Part shown: one piece after another, positions 18,883-28,906 of the stretch
How positions within the stretch are numbered: the stretch's first letter is position 1
Layout of the letters: every line of letters starts with the position of its first letter
From: Chloroflexota bacterium
GTDB lineage: Bacteria > Chloroflexota > Anaerolineae > UBA1429
Assembly: GCA_012719135.1 (NCBI GenBank)
Contig: JAAYAW010000003.1
Coordinates: forward strand, 819 to 64,818
Direction: 5' to 3'
Length of the DNA: 64,000 nt
The notes under the pieces: model-generated
Databases searched by the model: none
The model's input: only the letters and a program-made list of their open reading frames with translations
Told to the model about the DNA's origin: nothing
Program-made: the position numbers and the translations under genes

Positions 18883-19671
18883 ATGTGGTTCCGCGCCTTA
18901 CGCCTGGCGTGCTTGCTGGCCGTATTGATGATGGCGGGCTGCGGGCCGCGGGCTTCCGGGCCGGCCGGCCCGGTAGGCTCCCTTCAGACGCCCAACGCTG
19001 CAGCGGGGGAACCGGAAGGACCCGGCCCCGGTGTCGGCACGGAGGAGCCTGGTCGCTCCGAGAGCGAGTTCCGGGAGGCACTCACCGCTCGAGAGGCGTG
19101 GGAGCTGGCGGAGGCCGAGGCCGAGGCGCGCGCCCAGGGCCCGGGCTATGAGTTGTACGAGGTCACCGGTTGCCACAAGGCCGCACCATATGGGAGCTAT
19201 GAGCGGGATAGCCATCTGGTGCAGGGCACCTGCGCGCAGTGGATGTTCTTTTACGTCCGCCCGGTCGAGCCGGGCAGCGCGCAAGGCTACACGGCGCTCT
19301 ATCTCCGCGTCGGCCCGAACGGGGTGCTTGAGGCGGTGGAAGAGCCGCACGAGGCGCAGGTTCGCAAGCAACCCATCGGTGTTGCCGCTGGCTGGGCGAT
19401 CGACAGCCCGGAGGCTATCGAGATCGCCGAGGAGGCAGGCGGGCGCGCCTATCGCGAGGCGAACCCGGAATGGGACACGGCGCGCTTTGAGGCCGATCGT
19501 AACGCCCTTCTGATGGCGACGCTGCACACCCGCCCCTACTTTGAGCCGGATAGCGGCGAGGAGTACGCGGGCAGCGACGGGCTGGTTTGGACGGTGACCT
19601 ACCCGCCGCTGAGGGCGCTGCTCTACGTGATCGATGGGACAACCGGCGAGGTGCTCCTGGAACAGGATTAG
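18883..19671 (+). CDS. Lipoprotein, PepSY-like
   Basis: Lipobox MAGC; IDSPEAIEIAEEAGG and YVIDGTTGEVL. Confidence 0.65.
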   Translation: MWFRALRLACLLAVLMMAGCGPRASGPAGPVGSLQTPNAAAGEPEGPGPGVGTEEPGRSESEFREALTAREAWELAEAEAEARAQGPGYELYEVTGCHKAAPYGSYERDSHLVQGTCAQWMFFYVRPVEPGSAQGYTALYLRVGPNGVLEAVEEPHEAQVRKQPIGVAAGWAIDSPEAIEIAEEAGGRAYREANPEWDTARFEADRNALLMATLHTRPYFEPDSGEEYAGSDGLVWTVTYPPLRALLYVIDGTTGEVLLEQD

Positions 19672-19812
19672 CGAAACGGGGGCCCGGTACCGGCAGCCTG
19701 GGTCCGCCGTGAGGCGCGTGTCCCACCCGGAGGCCGAGTGCCGATGTGGCAGACCTTGGCGGCCGGAACGGCCGGCTGCGGACCACTATCTACACAGACG
19801 AAGGAGCCTTTC

Positions 19813-21012
19813 ATGTCCAGCGGAATCGCAGAAAAGCACGGGTTCTCCTCGCCACGCCTGGCGCGGATCACGGCGCACATGCGGCGCTATGTGGATAAGG
19901 GCATACTTCCCGGCATCGCCACCCTTGTCTCACGAAACGGAGAGATCGTTCACCAGAGCGCCGTGGGTTGGGCTGACGTCGCCGCGCGTAAGCCTCTGGG
20001 TGCGGACGCAATCTATCGCATCTACTCCATGTCCAAGCCGATTACTGTGGCTGCGCTGCTGACGCTCTTTGAGGAAGGACGCTTCCAGCTCGATGACGAG
20101 GCCGCGCGCTACTTGCCAGAGCTCGGGCGGATGCAGGTGTTGCGGGGCATGGACGGAGGCCGCCCCGTGCTTTCGCCGCCCAGCAGGCCGATGACGGTAC
20201 GTCACCTGTTGACCCACACCGCCGGCTTAACCTATGGGATGTTCGGTGATGACACCGAGCCGGGGGAACGGATGTACGCCGAGTCCGGGCTCCTGCAGGT
20301 GGACCGCACGCTGGAAGAGATGATGCCCCTGATGGCGGAGCTGCCACTCCTCTTTGATCCGGGCGAGCGCTGGAACTATTCCGTATCCATCGATGTGCTT
20401 GGTCGCCTGATTGAGGTCCTGTCGGGGGAGCCCTTTGACGCCTTTCTGCGAGAACGCGTCTTTGAGCCGCTGGGCATGGCGGATACCGGCTTTTGGGTAT
20501 CTGAGGACTCTGCCAGGCTGGCCACCCTGTACAGCACCGCTCCAGATGGGAGGCTGACTCCCATCGAATCGCCTGGCGGACCTTACGATGCCCCCCGCGC
20601 GCTCCTGTCGGGCGGTGGCGGGCTCGTGTCCACAATCGGCGACTACTGGCGCTTTGGGCAGATGCTGGTCAACGGGGGTGTGCTGAACGGGGTGCGCGTG
20701 CTGGCGCCGGGCACCATCCGCCTGATGGGCAGCAACCACCTGCCGGCACATATTCGCTACTATGGCAGCCCACCTCACGTCGGATACGGATTCGGCCTGG
20801 GCGTGCGGGTGCTGCGCAATCCCGTTGCTGCGGGCGAACTCTGCTCTGCGGGTAGCTTCGGCTGGTCCGGGCTGGCGACCACCAACGCGTGGGTGGATCC
20901 GGCCGCGGGCATCGTCGGCGTCATCATGATGCAGTACATCTCGCCACCGGAGACGACGATACCCACGGAGATTGAGTTCCGGAACCTGACCTATCAGGCC
21001 CTTACCGATTGA
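19813..21012 (+). CDS. Serine hydrolase, beta-lactamase family
   Basis: IYSMSK (SxxK), LLTHTAG, PGERWNYS, GGGGLVST, FGWSG. Confidence 0.9.
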   Translation: MSSGIAEKHGFSSPRLARITAHMRRYVDKGILPGIATLVSRNGEIVHQSAVGWADVAARKPLGADAIYRIYSMSKPITVAALLTLFEEGRFQLDDEAARYLPELGRMQVLRGMDGGRPVLSPPSRPMTVRHLLTHTAGLTYGMFGDDTEPGERMYAESGLLQVDRTLEEMMPLMAELPLLFDPGERWNYSVSIDVLGRLIEVLSGEPFDAFLRERVFEPLGMADTGFWVSEDSARLATLYSTAPDGRLTPIESPGGPYDAPRALLSGGGGLVSTIGDYWRFGQMLVNGGVLNGVRVLAPGTIRLMGSNHLPAHIRYYGSPPHVGYGFGLGVRVLRNPVAAGELCSAGSFGWSGLATTNAWVDPAAGIVGVIMMQYISPPETTIPTEIEFRNLTYQALTD

Positions 21013-21025
21013 GATCTCGGCAGCA

Positions 21026-21053
21026 GGGGGCCGCCGGCGCGCCGGCGGCCCCC
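21026..21053. terminator. GC hairpin between convergent genes
   Basis: ggggccgccggcgcgccggcggcccc inverted repeat. Confidence 0.55.
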
Positions 21054-21063
21054 TGAGCAACCG

Positions 21064-21615
21064 TCAGTAGACGAACCGATCGGTAGGTGCCCGGCCGTCC
21101 GGCAACAGCGATATCCCTTCCAGCGCCAGCAGGGCGCGTTTCATCTCGAGTCCGCCGGCATAGCCGCCCAGGCTGCCATCGGAACGCACCGCCCGATGGC
21201 ACGGGATCAGGATGGGGAAGGGGTTGGTGCCCAGAGCCGTGCCCACGGCGCGGGCAGCCCGCGGATGGCCCACGTGTGAGGCGATGCGTCCGTAGCTGCT
21301 GAGCCGCCCACGCGGGATGGCGTGCTCTGCCCGGAGGACGCGCTGCTGAAAGGCGCCGCACCGCTCCAGAACCATCTGATCCAGGGAAAATGTGACGATC
21401 TCACCGCGGAGATAGCGGGCAAGGTCGCCGGCCAGAGCCTCCATCGCCGGATCTCGCGCCGGCTGTGCGGCCGGATCCAGCGCCCGGAGTCTCTCCTCCG
21501 AAGCCCCGCCGGGGAGGGTCAGAAGCGCCCCCAGAAGGCGGGCGTCAGTGCCTCCCGCCCAGTAGAGCGTGATAGACCCTGGCTCCCAGGGCACCGTGAT
21601 GTATGCCAGTGACAT
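21064..21615 (-). CDS. ogt: Methylated-DNA--protein-cysteine methyltransferase
   Basis: AARAVGTAL..NP...IPCHRAV, GGYAGG. Confidence 0.9.
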   Translation of the reverse strand: MSLAYITVPWEPGSITLYWAGGTDARLLGALLTLPGGASEERLRALDPAAQPARDPAMEALAGDLARYLRGEIVTFSLDQMVLERCGAFQQRVLRAEHAIPRGRLSSYGRIASHVGHPRAARAVGTALGTNPFPILIPCHRAVRSDGSLGGYAGGLEMKRALLALEGISLLPDGRAPTDRFVY

Positions 21616-21627
21616 CGGGGCGCCCGC

Positions 21628-22617
21628 TCAGGTGGCCTGGGGCGCATCCCGGTAGGTGGGCACGCCCTCCTGCTCAAAGATGCGATCGATCTCCTCTCTT
21701 TCCGCCTCGGAGAGCTTCCATTCCGCGGCCGCTACGTTTTCGTGCAACTCATGCGGGTTGCGGATGCCCACCAGGCCCACCGTAATGGCGGGGTTGCTCA
21801 GCACCCACGCCAGGGCCAGCTGTGCCACCGAGTGGGCGCTATCCGCCGCCAGGCTCTTGAGTCGCTCCACGGCCTTTAGGGTCCGCAGGAAGGCCTGGCG
21901 CTCGAACAGCGGCAGCCCGAACGCGTCACCTTTGCTGCGCCAGTCCCAGTCCACAAAGGTCGTCTCCGGCGTGAAGGCTCCGGCCAGCAGGCCAAAGGCG
22001 AGCGAGCCGTAGGCCATATACCCGATGCCGTTGGCCTGGCAGAACGGGATGACCTCCCGCTCCATGCGGCGATCCAGCAGGTTGTACCCCACCTGATTCG
22101 CCGATAGATGCCCGACCGCCTCACAGGCCTGCATCATCTCCACGGTATAGTTGGACACGCCGTAATGACGTATCTTGCCGGCCTGCTTGAGGCTCTCCAG
22201 TGCGCCAATGACGTCCTCGTACGGGGTCTTGTGATCGGGCCAGTGGATGAGGAGAAGGTCGACATAATCAGTCTGAAGCCGCTGGAGACATCCTTCGGCA
22301 TGCGTCAGGATCGTCTGTGGGCTGGAATCGCGCCCCTGGTTGACGTTGTTCTCATCCACGTTGAACCCGACTTTAGTGACGAGGACCACTTCCTTTCGGC
22401 GGCCGCCGAGTGCCTTGCCGAGGATCTCCTCGCTGTGCCGTGGGCCGTAGACCTCAGCCGTGTCTATCAGCGTGATGCCTGCATCGATGGCCTGGTTGAT
22501 GGCCAGGCTGGCCTGCTGCACGTCGATCTCGCCGTACTGGGTTGTCCCCAACTCCCATGTGCCAAACCCGATGATGGACGTTTCCAGATCACTATCCCCA
22601 AAGCGACGCGTTTCCAT
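21628..22617 (-). CDS. Aldo/keto reductase
   Basis: GFGTW, DTAEVYG, TKVG, IHWPD, GVSN. Confidence 0.92.
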   Translation of the reverse strand: METRRFGDSDLETSIIGFGTWELGTTQYGEIDVQQASLAINQAIDAGITLIDTAEVYGPRHSEEILGKALGGRRKEVVLVTKVGFNVDENNVNQGRDSSPQTILTHAEGCLQRLQTDYVDLLLIHWPDHKTPYEDVIGALESLKQAGKIRHYGVSNYTVEMMQACEAVGHLSANQVGYNLLDRRMEREVIPFCQANGIGYMAYGSLAFGLLAGAFTPETTFVDWDWRSKGDAFGLPLFERQAFLRTLKAVERLKSLAADSAHSVAQLALAWVLSNPAITVGLVGIRNPHELHENVAAAEWKLSEAEREEIDRIFEQEGVPTYRDAPQAT

Positions 22618-22863
22618 GTTCCCCCCCTGGGCATAACGTCACCGGTCCGGCGGACTACTCTCGGGTCCGATGCTAGCCGCAAACCGTGCGGTTGTCGATC
22701 CCTACATCGCATCACGCTGGCAGAACACCACATTCACCGAACCTTGATCCCGTCTTTATGAGCCCCTCACAACTGGCCCGGAGTGTGGTGGTATTGTGCA
22801 TGTGTTGCTGCTGCAGGTGCGCTCTGTTTGTAGTGCCGGGCGTCTCCCTTATACTGGCATGAG

Positions 22864-22894
22864 AGCCCGTGGCGGCGCCAGCCAGGGCTTTTTT
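22864..22894 (+). terminator. Intrinsic terminator-like hairpin with T6 upstream of the phosphoesterase gene
   Basis: agccc-g-tggc-loop-gcca-gggct followed by T run. Confidence 0.55.
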
Positions 22895-22945
22895 ACTGCG
22901 TTCGCGGCGCCATGAGTTCACCCCTATGGATAGGATGACCCCTGA

Positions 22946-23881
22946 ATGACAAAGGAACCCCGTACTCACCGGCCACCCCCACTCGGCCGGATCCAGCGCC
23001 GGCTGGATGAAGCGCTGAACCGTGCTTCTGTGGTCGAGTTCGACGATCGCTCCCGCTTTGTGTTCTTCTCGGACCTGCACCGAGGCGACAACGGTCCTGC
23101 GGACGCCTTTCGCCCCAATCGCAAGATTTTCCTGAGCGCGCTGACCCACTATGACAGGGATGGCTTTACGTACGTCGAGGTAGGCGATGGCGATGAGCTA
23201 TGGAAGAACCGCGATCTGACCGATATACGCTCCGCCCACAGGCCCATCTACCGGGCGATGGAGCGGCTCCGGGCTGCGGGGCGGTTGTTTGTGCTGGTCG
23301 GGAACCATCAGCTCGTACGCCAGGGCTGCCGGCTCGCTACTGCCGGGCCGGGCTATGATGAGGCGCTGTTGCTGCGCCATCGTGACCGTGATGTCCGCCT
23401 GCTGGTGACTCATGGACATCAGGCGGATAGGGGCGTCTCGCGCCTGTACGGCGTGGTCCGGCCGGTTGTGCGCTACCTCTGGCGGCGCCTGCAGAGCCAC
23501 GGGCTGAGAACGTCGCTCCCGGAGCCGGATGAGCCGCAGGCCGGGCTCAGCCCCATTCAGGGCGCGGTGGTCTGGTCCCGCCGCAATCAGGCTCGCCTCG
23601 AAGGTCGGATTCTGGCCTGGTTGGAGCGAGCCGGTAATCTGGGGATCATCTGCGGCCACACTCACCGGCCGGCCTTTGCGGCCGCCGGAGGGCTGCCCTA
23701 CTACAATACCGGCAGCGGCGTCCATCCGGGGTACATCACCGGGCTTGAGATCGCCGACGGAGCCATCAGCCTGGTTTCCTGGACCAGCGAGGTCAAGGAT
23801 GGTCCGGGGGCCAAGTCGCTGAGCTCCGGGACTCCACGGCGGGTCGTCCTGGCTGGCCCACACCCCCTGGCAGAAAGATAG
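22946..23881 (+). CDS. Calcineurin-like metallophosphoesterase
   Basis: SDLH, GDGDE, GNH, THGH, CGHTH, NTGS. Confidence 0.85.
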   Translation: MTKEPRTHRPPPLGRIQRRLDEALNRASVVEFDDRSRFVFFSDLHRGDNGPADAFRPNRKIFLSALTHYDRDGFTYVEVGDGDELWKNRDLTDIRSAHRPIYRAMERLRAAGRLFVLVGNHQLVRQGCRLATAGPGYDEALLLRHRDRDVRLLVTHGHQADRGVSRLYGVVRPVVRYLWRRLQSHGLRTSLPEPDEPQAGLSPIQGAVVWSRRNQARLEGRILAWLERAGNLGIICGHTHRPAFAAAGGLPYYNTGSGVHPGYITGLEIADGAISLVSWTSEVKDGPGAKSLSSGTPRRVVLAGPHPLAER

Positions 23882-24105
23882 TATCTGGCTTCCTCCCAAC
23901 CAGGCGTCGCAGAGGTGGACAGGCCGCCCCCTCTGGCCTACAGTGGCGCTGTATATCCTTGCGAGTAACTGGGTCGAGAACTCTGTACCGGCCTGCGGGG
24001 GCGCTCGCGCCAAAGGCCTGCAGGCAGGCCACGCGCCGCACAGGTCCGATCCGGATCGTAGTCGCAGAGGACCATTTCACACCATACCCCACAGGAGCCA
24101 GGAAC

Positions 24106-25005
24106 ATGTCCCCAGAGCGCCTTGATCTCTCACCGGTCGGCCCAAAGGTTTCGCGCTTGGCTCAGGGGTGGGGCAGCGTCGTACGCGAGGGGCTGAGCGT
24201 GCGTGATGCCACCGCGCACGTCCACGATCTTCTCGATGCGGGCATCACCACCATGGACATCGCCGCCATCTACGGCGAAGGCCGGGCAGAGGGCGTTTTG
24301 GGTGCTGCTCTTGCTGCTGAGCCCGGTCTCAGGGACCGGGTCGAGATCATCACCAAGTGCGCCATCGGCAACTTTGGCACGCCCATCTACCACTATGACA
24401 GCTCGCGTGAGCACATCGTCTCTTCGGCGGAGCACTCTCTCCGGGAGTTGCGCACGGATCGACTGGATGTGCTGATGCTGCACCGGCCGGATATGCTCCT
24501 CGACGCGGATCAGGTCGCCGAGGCCTACACCTCACTGAGAGAGGCGGGCAAGGTCCTGTTCTTTGGAGTCTCCAACTTTAACATCCATCAGTTTGATCTG
24601 CTTTCCTCGCGCCTGGCGTTCCCCCTGGTTACCAACGAGATCCAGTGCTCGGTGCTGCATCTGGATGCCTGGCGCGATGGCACGCTGGATCAGTGCCAGG
24701 AGAGGCGCATTCATCCGCTGGCTTGGAGTCCGCTGGGCGGGGGCAGCCTGTTTCGCGGCGATACGCCACAGGCTCAGAGGCTAAGAGATGAGCTGGCTCG
24801 CGTCGGCGCCGAGCAGGGTGGGGCTTCCATCGATCAGGTTGCCCTGGCGTGGTTGCTCAAGCATCCAGCCGGGATCATTCCGATCCTGGGCTCGCTCCGC
24901 GGTGAGCGTCTCCCAGGAGTGGTGTCGGCCGCCGCGCTCGACTTGAGCCGGGAGCAATGGTACCGGATCTGGATGGCCTCGACCGGGGAGACGCGCCTGC
25001 CCTAA
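24106..25005 (+). CDS. Aldo/keto reductase (YdhF-like)
   Basis: DIAAIYG, HYDSSREHI, LHRPD, FGVSNF, AWSPLGGG, WLLKHP. Confidence 0.88.
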   Translation: MSPERLDLSPVGPKVSRLAQGWGSVVREGLSVRDATAHVHDLLDAGITTMDIAAIYGEGRAEGVLGAALAAEPGLRDRVEIITKCAIGNFGTPIYHYDSSREHIVSSAEHSLRELRTDRLDVLMLHRPDMLLDADQVAEAYTSLREAGKVLFFGVSNFNIHQFDLLSSRLAFPLVTNEIQCSVLHLDAWRDGTLDQCQERRIHPLAWSPLGGGSLFRGDTPQAQRLRDELARVGAEQGGASIDQVALAWLLKHPAGIIPILGSLRGERLPGVVSAAALDLSREQWYRIWMASTGETRLP

Positions 25006-26279
25006 GGCGCCGGAAGGGCGATCGCGCCCAGGCTGCCCGCCCTGGGCCGCAGGGCTAGCCCGGCGCCTCTTTCCGTGAGGAGGTCCAGCAGATCCGAACG
25101 GCTGCGAATGCCGACCGCAAGGTTCAGGTACGCGCTGAGCGATGGGCAGGTGGCTCTCAGGGCGCGGAGTTCGTCACCGATTGGGGTGGTCGAGCCGGGC
25201 GCGTCGGCGTAGGTTCCATGAAAGGCAAAGTAGGCCTGGTTCAGCTTACGGATGGCGTACCCCTGTTGCAGGAGCCCCTGGCGCCGGATCTCCATGTACT
25301 CCTCGGCCCCATCGATGGCGCCGGCGGCGAGCAACCGCTCGGCTTCCAGGCGCGTTTCCCGCATGTAGGCGCGGTAGTCAAAGGCGCCATCATCTGGCTC
25401 CCCGGAGGCCTGCGGCACCAGTTCCGTATAGTGCCGGCTCCACACCGCCGCGGCGATCTCGTCTCGCACCAGGCCCGCGAGCGACTCGTTGATCTGCGCC
25501 ACCTCATAGTCATCTCGCACGCCCAACAGATGGAGCACATAGTGCCATCCGAGAGGCGTAAAGGCCAGATACTGGTGCAGCCACTCCTCCGCCACCGTCT
25601 CGATGGCGTAGCGTAGCGAGCTCCTGTCGCTGACGATGGCGGGATAGGTGGCTGCGATGCCTCCGATCTCGGTCACCAGGGCAGAAAGACCCAGGCCCTC
25701 GATCTCTCCTTCGATCTCTTCAATGCTGGCCAGAGCGATCGTCTGCTCCAGCACCTCCTGGTGGAGGGAAGCGATCTCTTCACGGGGGGAGATGACCAGA
25801 ATGTGGGGAGGCGCCTCCAACGCGAACCAGACGGGGGGAAACGAAACGGGTATCCCGAGCAGGCGATCGGCCGGCCCGTAGATCCCCTCCGCTCGGAACG
25901 CCTCGCGCACCTGGCTGGCAAGAATGGACTCCACCGCCGGCCGGAGCCTCTCCAGGGCGTCCGCCTCCTCAACCACATCGGCCTCTGGCGTCTCCTCCAG
26001 AGCGCGATAAGCCTCCAGGCGGGCAAAGTAGGCCACCACGAAAGCGGCGGGCTCAATGCGCGCCTCCTCTGGAATCTCCAGAGGGCACAGCAGTTCGGCG
26101 TACTGGCGTGCATGCCAGCGAACGGCGGAAAAGCGATAGGGTGAGGCGATGGCGCGCACCTGGCTGAGCCGGTCGGCCGTCGCCCTGCCGCTCAGGACCA
26201 AAGCCACGCAGAGGGCGACAGCTACCCAGGCGCACCGATGAGGGCGACATGGGCCTTGCCGCTGCGGGTAGGATCTCAC
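25002..26279 (-). CDS. Conserved hypothetical membrane-anchored protein, zincin-like
   Basis: N-terminal TM; GGIAATYP, AEEWLHQYL, INE, IRKLNQAYFAFHGTYAD. Confidence 0.7.
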   Translation of the reverse strand: MRSYPQRQGPCRPHRCAWVAVALCVALVLSGRATADRLSQVRAIASPYRFSAVRWHARQYAELLCPLEIPEEARIEPAAFVVAYFARLEAYRALEETPEADVVEEADALERLRPAVESILASQVREAFRAEGIYGPADRLLGIPVSFPPVWFALEAPPHILVISPREEIASLHQEVLEQTIALASIEEIEGEIEGLGLSALVTEIGGIAATYPAIVSDRSSLRYAIETVAEEWLHQYLAFTPLGWHYVLHLLGVRDDYEVAQINESLAGLVRDEIAAAVWSRHYTELVPQASGEPDDGAFDYRAYMRETRLEAERLLAAGAIDGAEEYMEIRRQGLLQQGYAIRKLNQAYFAFHGTYADAPGSTTPIGDELRALRATCPSLSAYLNLAVGIRSRSDLLDLLTERGAGLALRPRAGSLGAIALPAP

Positions 26280-26285
26280 AGTTGG

Positions 26286-27278
26286 TCAGGCCAGGATGCG
26301 CTCGATCTGCTCGAGTTCGTCGCTGGTAAAGCTCAGTTTGCTCAGCCCAGCCACGTTCTCCTCGATCTGTCCGACCTTGCTGGCGCCTACCAGCGCCGAA
26401 GTCACCGCCGGCTGGCGCAGAACCCAGGCGATTGCCATCTGGGCGAGGGTCTGGCCGCGTTCCTGGGCCATCTCGTTGAGCCGCTCGATTCGTTCAACGC
26501 GCTCCGGCGTGATGGCGCTGGGGCGCAGGAAGCCCACCTGGCCGGCTGCGCGAGAGTCTGGCGGGATGTTGCCACCGAGGTACCGGCTGGTGAGCATCCC
26601 CTGGGCCAGCGGCGAAAACACGATACACCCGACGCCCTCCCGCTCCAGAGTGCCGAGCAGGTGCGGCTCCACCCAACGGTTGAACATATTGTAGGTGGGC
26701 TGTTCGATGAGGCAGGGCGTTCCCAGCCGGCGCAAGATGGCAATGGCTTCAGCGGCCGCATCGTGAGGATAGTTGGAGATGCCCGCATAGAGCGCACGGC
26801 CGGAGCGGACGATATAGTCCAGCGCGCCCATGGTCTCCTCGAGGGGCGTGTCCGGATCGGGGCGATGGTGGTAGAAGATGTCGACATAATCGACGCCCAT
26901 CCGCTTGAGGCTCTGGTCGCAGCTCGCCACCAGATACTTGCGCGAGCCCCAGTCGCCATAGGGCCCGGGCCACATGGAGTAGCCGGCCTTACTGGAGAGA
27001 ATCAGCTCATCGCGATAGGGCGCCAGATCAAGACGGTAGATCTTCCCAAAAGCCTCCTCGGCAGAGCCGGGCGGCGGGCCGTAGTTGTTGGCCAGATCAA
27101 AGTGGGTGACGCCCAGGTCAAAGGCGCGGCGCACGATGGCACGGCCGTTCTCGAAAGAGTCGACCCCGCCAAAGTTGTGCCACAATCCCAGAGAGATCGC
27201 TGGCAGACGGATACCGCTTCTGCCGCAGCGCCGGAAAGGCATGCTCTCATAACGTACAGAGGCGGCTTGGTATGGCAT
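26286..27278 (-). CDS. Aldo/keto reductase, L-glyceraldehyde-3-phosphate reductase (YghZ/MgrA) type
   Basis: SLGLWHNFG, HFDLANNYGPPPGSAE, MWPGPYGDWGSRKYL. Confidence 0.93.
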   Translation of the reverse strand: MPYQAASVRYESMPFRRCGRSGIRLPAISLGLWHNFGGVDSFENGRAIVRRAFDLGVTHFDLANNYGPPPGSAEEAFGKIYRLDLAPYRDELILSSKAGYSMWPGPYGDWGSRKYLVASCDQSLKRMGVDYVDIFYHHRPDPDTPLEETMGALDYIVRSGRALYAGISNYPHDAAAEAIAILRRLGTPCLIEQPTYNMFNRWVEPHLLGTLEREGVGCIVFSPLAQGMLTSRYLGGNIPPDSRAAGQVGFLRPSAITPERVERIERLNEMAQERGQTLAQMAIAWVLRQPAVTSALVGASKVGQIEENVAGLSKLSFTSDELEQIERILA

Positions 27279-27377
27279 GGGAGCCTCCATCACTCTTGTG
27301 ACCGATCACCGCACGTGCTGCAAGGGGACGCGCCCCCAATATAGCGGGGGACTGGGCGCTCCGCAAGCGCGAGTGAA

Positions 27378-27794
27378 TCAACCCTGCCGGCCCGGGCGCG
27401 TGAGGATGTGTGCGGAGACGGCTAGAGCAACGGCCACCAGTCCCAGCCGCACGTGCAGGTGATCCATGCGCCATGCAGAGTACAGTATGACGCCCCAGAG
27501 CATGGCGATGCTGATGGCCTTGGTTCTCAATGGCACGCCGCGACCCTCGTAATAGTCGCGGAGGTACTCCCCGAACAGCCGGTTTGTCAGCAGCCAGCGG
27601 TGAAAGCGGTCCGATCCGCGGGCGTAGCACCCTGCCGTCAGCAGCAGGAAGGGTGTGGTGGGCAGCACGGGGACGAGGACGCCGATTGCGCCGATCAGCA
27701 GAAAGATCGATCCAAGCACCACCCAGAGCGCTCGGCCCGGTGACGAGCACCCGCTGGGTACGGGTGCCCCCGGGCTATCGCCCGGCACCGGCAC
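27378..27794 (-). CDS. YbaN (DUF454) family membrane protein
   Basis: GVLVPVLPTTPFLLL...RGS.RFHRWL; start approximate. Confidence 0.85.
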   Translation of the reverse strand: MPVPGDSPGAPVPSGCSSPGRALWVVLGSIFLLIGAIGVLVPVLPTTPFLLLTAGCYARGSDRFHRWLLTNRLFGEYLRDYYEGRGVPLRTKAISIAMLWGVILYSAWRMDHLHVRLGLVAVALAVSAHILTRPGRQG

Positions 27795-28797
27795 GCTTTC
27801 CCTCTGCCAGTTGCGCGGCCAGCTTGAGCGCTTCGACCATGCTCTCCTGGTCTGCGACGCCCTTCCAGGCGATGTCAAAGGCCGTGCCGTGGTCCACCGA
27901 GGTGCGGATGACCGGCAGGCCCAGGGTCACCGTGATGCTGCGCTCAAAGCCGTGCGTCTTGATGGGGATATGACCCTGGTCATGGAACATGGCGACGACG
28001 ACGTCAAACTCGCCGCGGATGGCGCGGAAGAACACCGAGTCCGCGGGGATAGGCCCCACCGCCTCGACGTCCTGCGCCAGGGCATCGACCACCGCCGGGG
28101 TGATCGCATCGATCTCCTCGCGGCCCATCAGGCCCTCATCTCCGCCGTGCGGGTTCAACGCCGCCACCGCGATGCGTGGCCGGGCGATGCCCATCTGCTG
28201 CAGCCCGGCGTGGGTGAGCATGATCGTCTCCAGCACGTTCTCGCGGGTGATCAGGCTGGCAACCTGCGCCAGCGGCACGTGCCGCGTCACGTGGACCACC
28301 CGCAGGCCAGTCGTGGCCAGCATGGTGGTGACCTCTGGACTGCCGAGAAGAGAGGCGAGCAGTTCGGTGTGCCCGATAAAGGGAATCCCGGCAGCCTTGA
28401 GGGCCGCCTTGTTGAGGGGCCCTGTCGCCATCGCCTCGGCCTCGCCGGCCTGGCACAGGGCCGTGGCTCTTTCGATATACTCTACCGCTGCTCGCGCGCA
28501 CGCCGCAGACACGTCTCCCGGCTCCACGTCTTCTGCCTGCAGCACGCCGCAGTCGAGCACGTCCGGCGCTTGAGGATCAAAGGTAGCCTCGGAGAGCCGC
28601 TCGATCGCCCTGAAGGGTGGGGCGCCCACGAGGGCCGCGGCGCGGTTGAGGATCGAGAGCCCGCCCACCACGATCGGGCGGCATATCGCCCAGATCTGTT
28701 GATTCATGAGTGCCTTGGCAGTCACTTCGGGCCCCACTCCAGCGGGGTCGCCCATGGTGATCACGATGATGGGCAGTTGGGCGGTCTCTTGTGGCAT
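27775..28797 (-). CDS. pdxA: 4-hydroxythreonine-4-phosphate dehydrogenase (PdxA family)
   Basis: TMGDPAGVGPE, GHTE, LNPHGG, MFHDQGHIP, RTSVDHGTAFDIA; could be the PdxA2 catabolic subtype. Confidence 0.93.
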   Translation of the reverse strand: MPQETAQLPIIVITMGDPAGVGPEVTAKALMNQQIWAICRPIVVGGLSILNRAAALVGAPPFRAIERLSEATFDPQAPDVLDCGVLQAEDVEPGDVSAACARAAVEYIERATALCQAGEAEAMATGPLNKAALKAAGIPFIGHTELLASLLGSPEVTTMLATTGLRVVHVTRHVPLAQVASLITRENVLETIMLTHAGLQQMGIARPRIAVAALNPHGGDEGLMGREEIDAITPAVVDALAQDVEAVGPIPADSVFFRAIRGEFDVVVAMFHDQGHIPIKTHGFERSITVTLGLPVIRTSVDHGTAFDIAWKGVADQESMVEALKLAAQLAEGKRAGAGR

Positions 28798-28906
28798 GCT
28801 ATTCTCCTGGGCCAATCGGCTGGCAGGCCTGGTGTGGTGAGCGCACGGGTACCGGATCATTATCCAGTCGCTGATGGGGGGTGTCAAAAAAGGCCGGATC
28901 CGTGGA

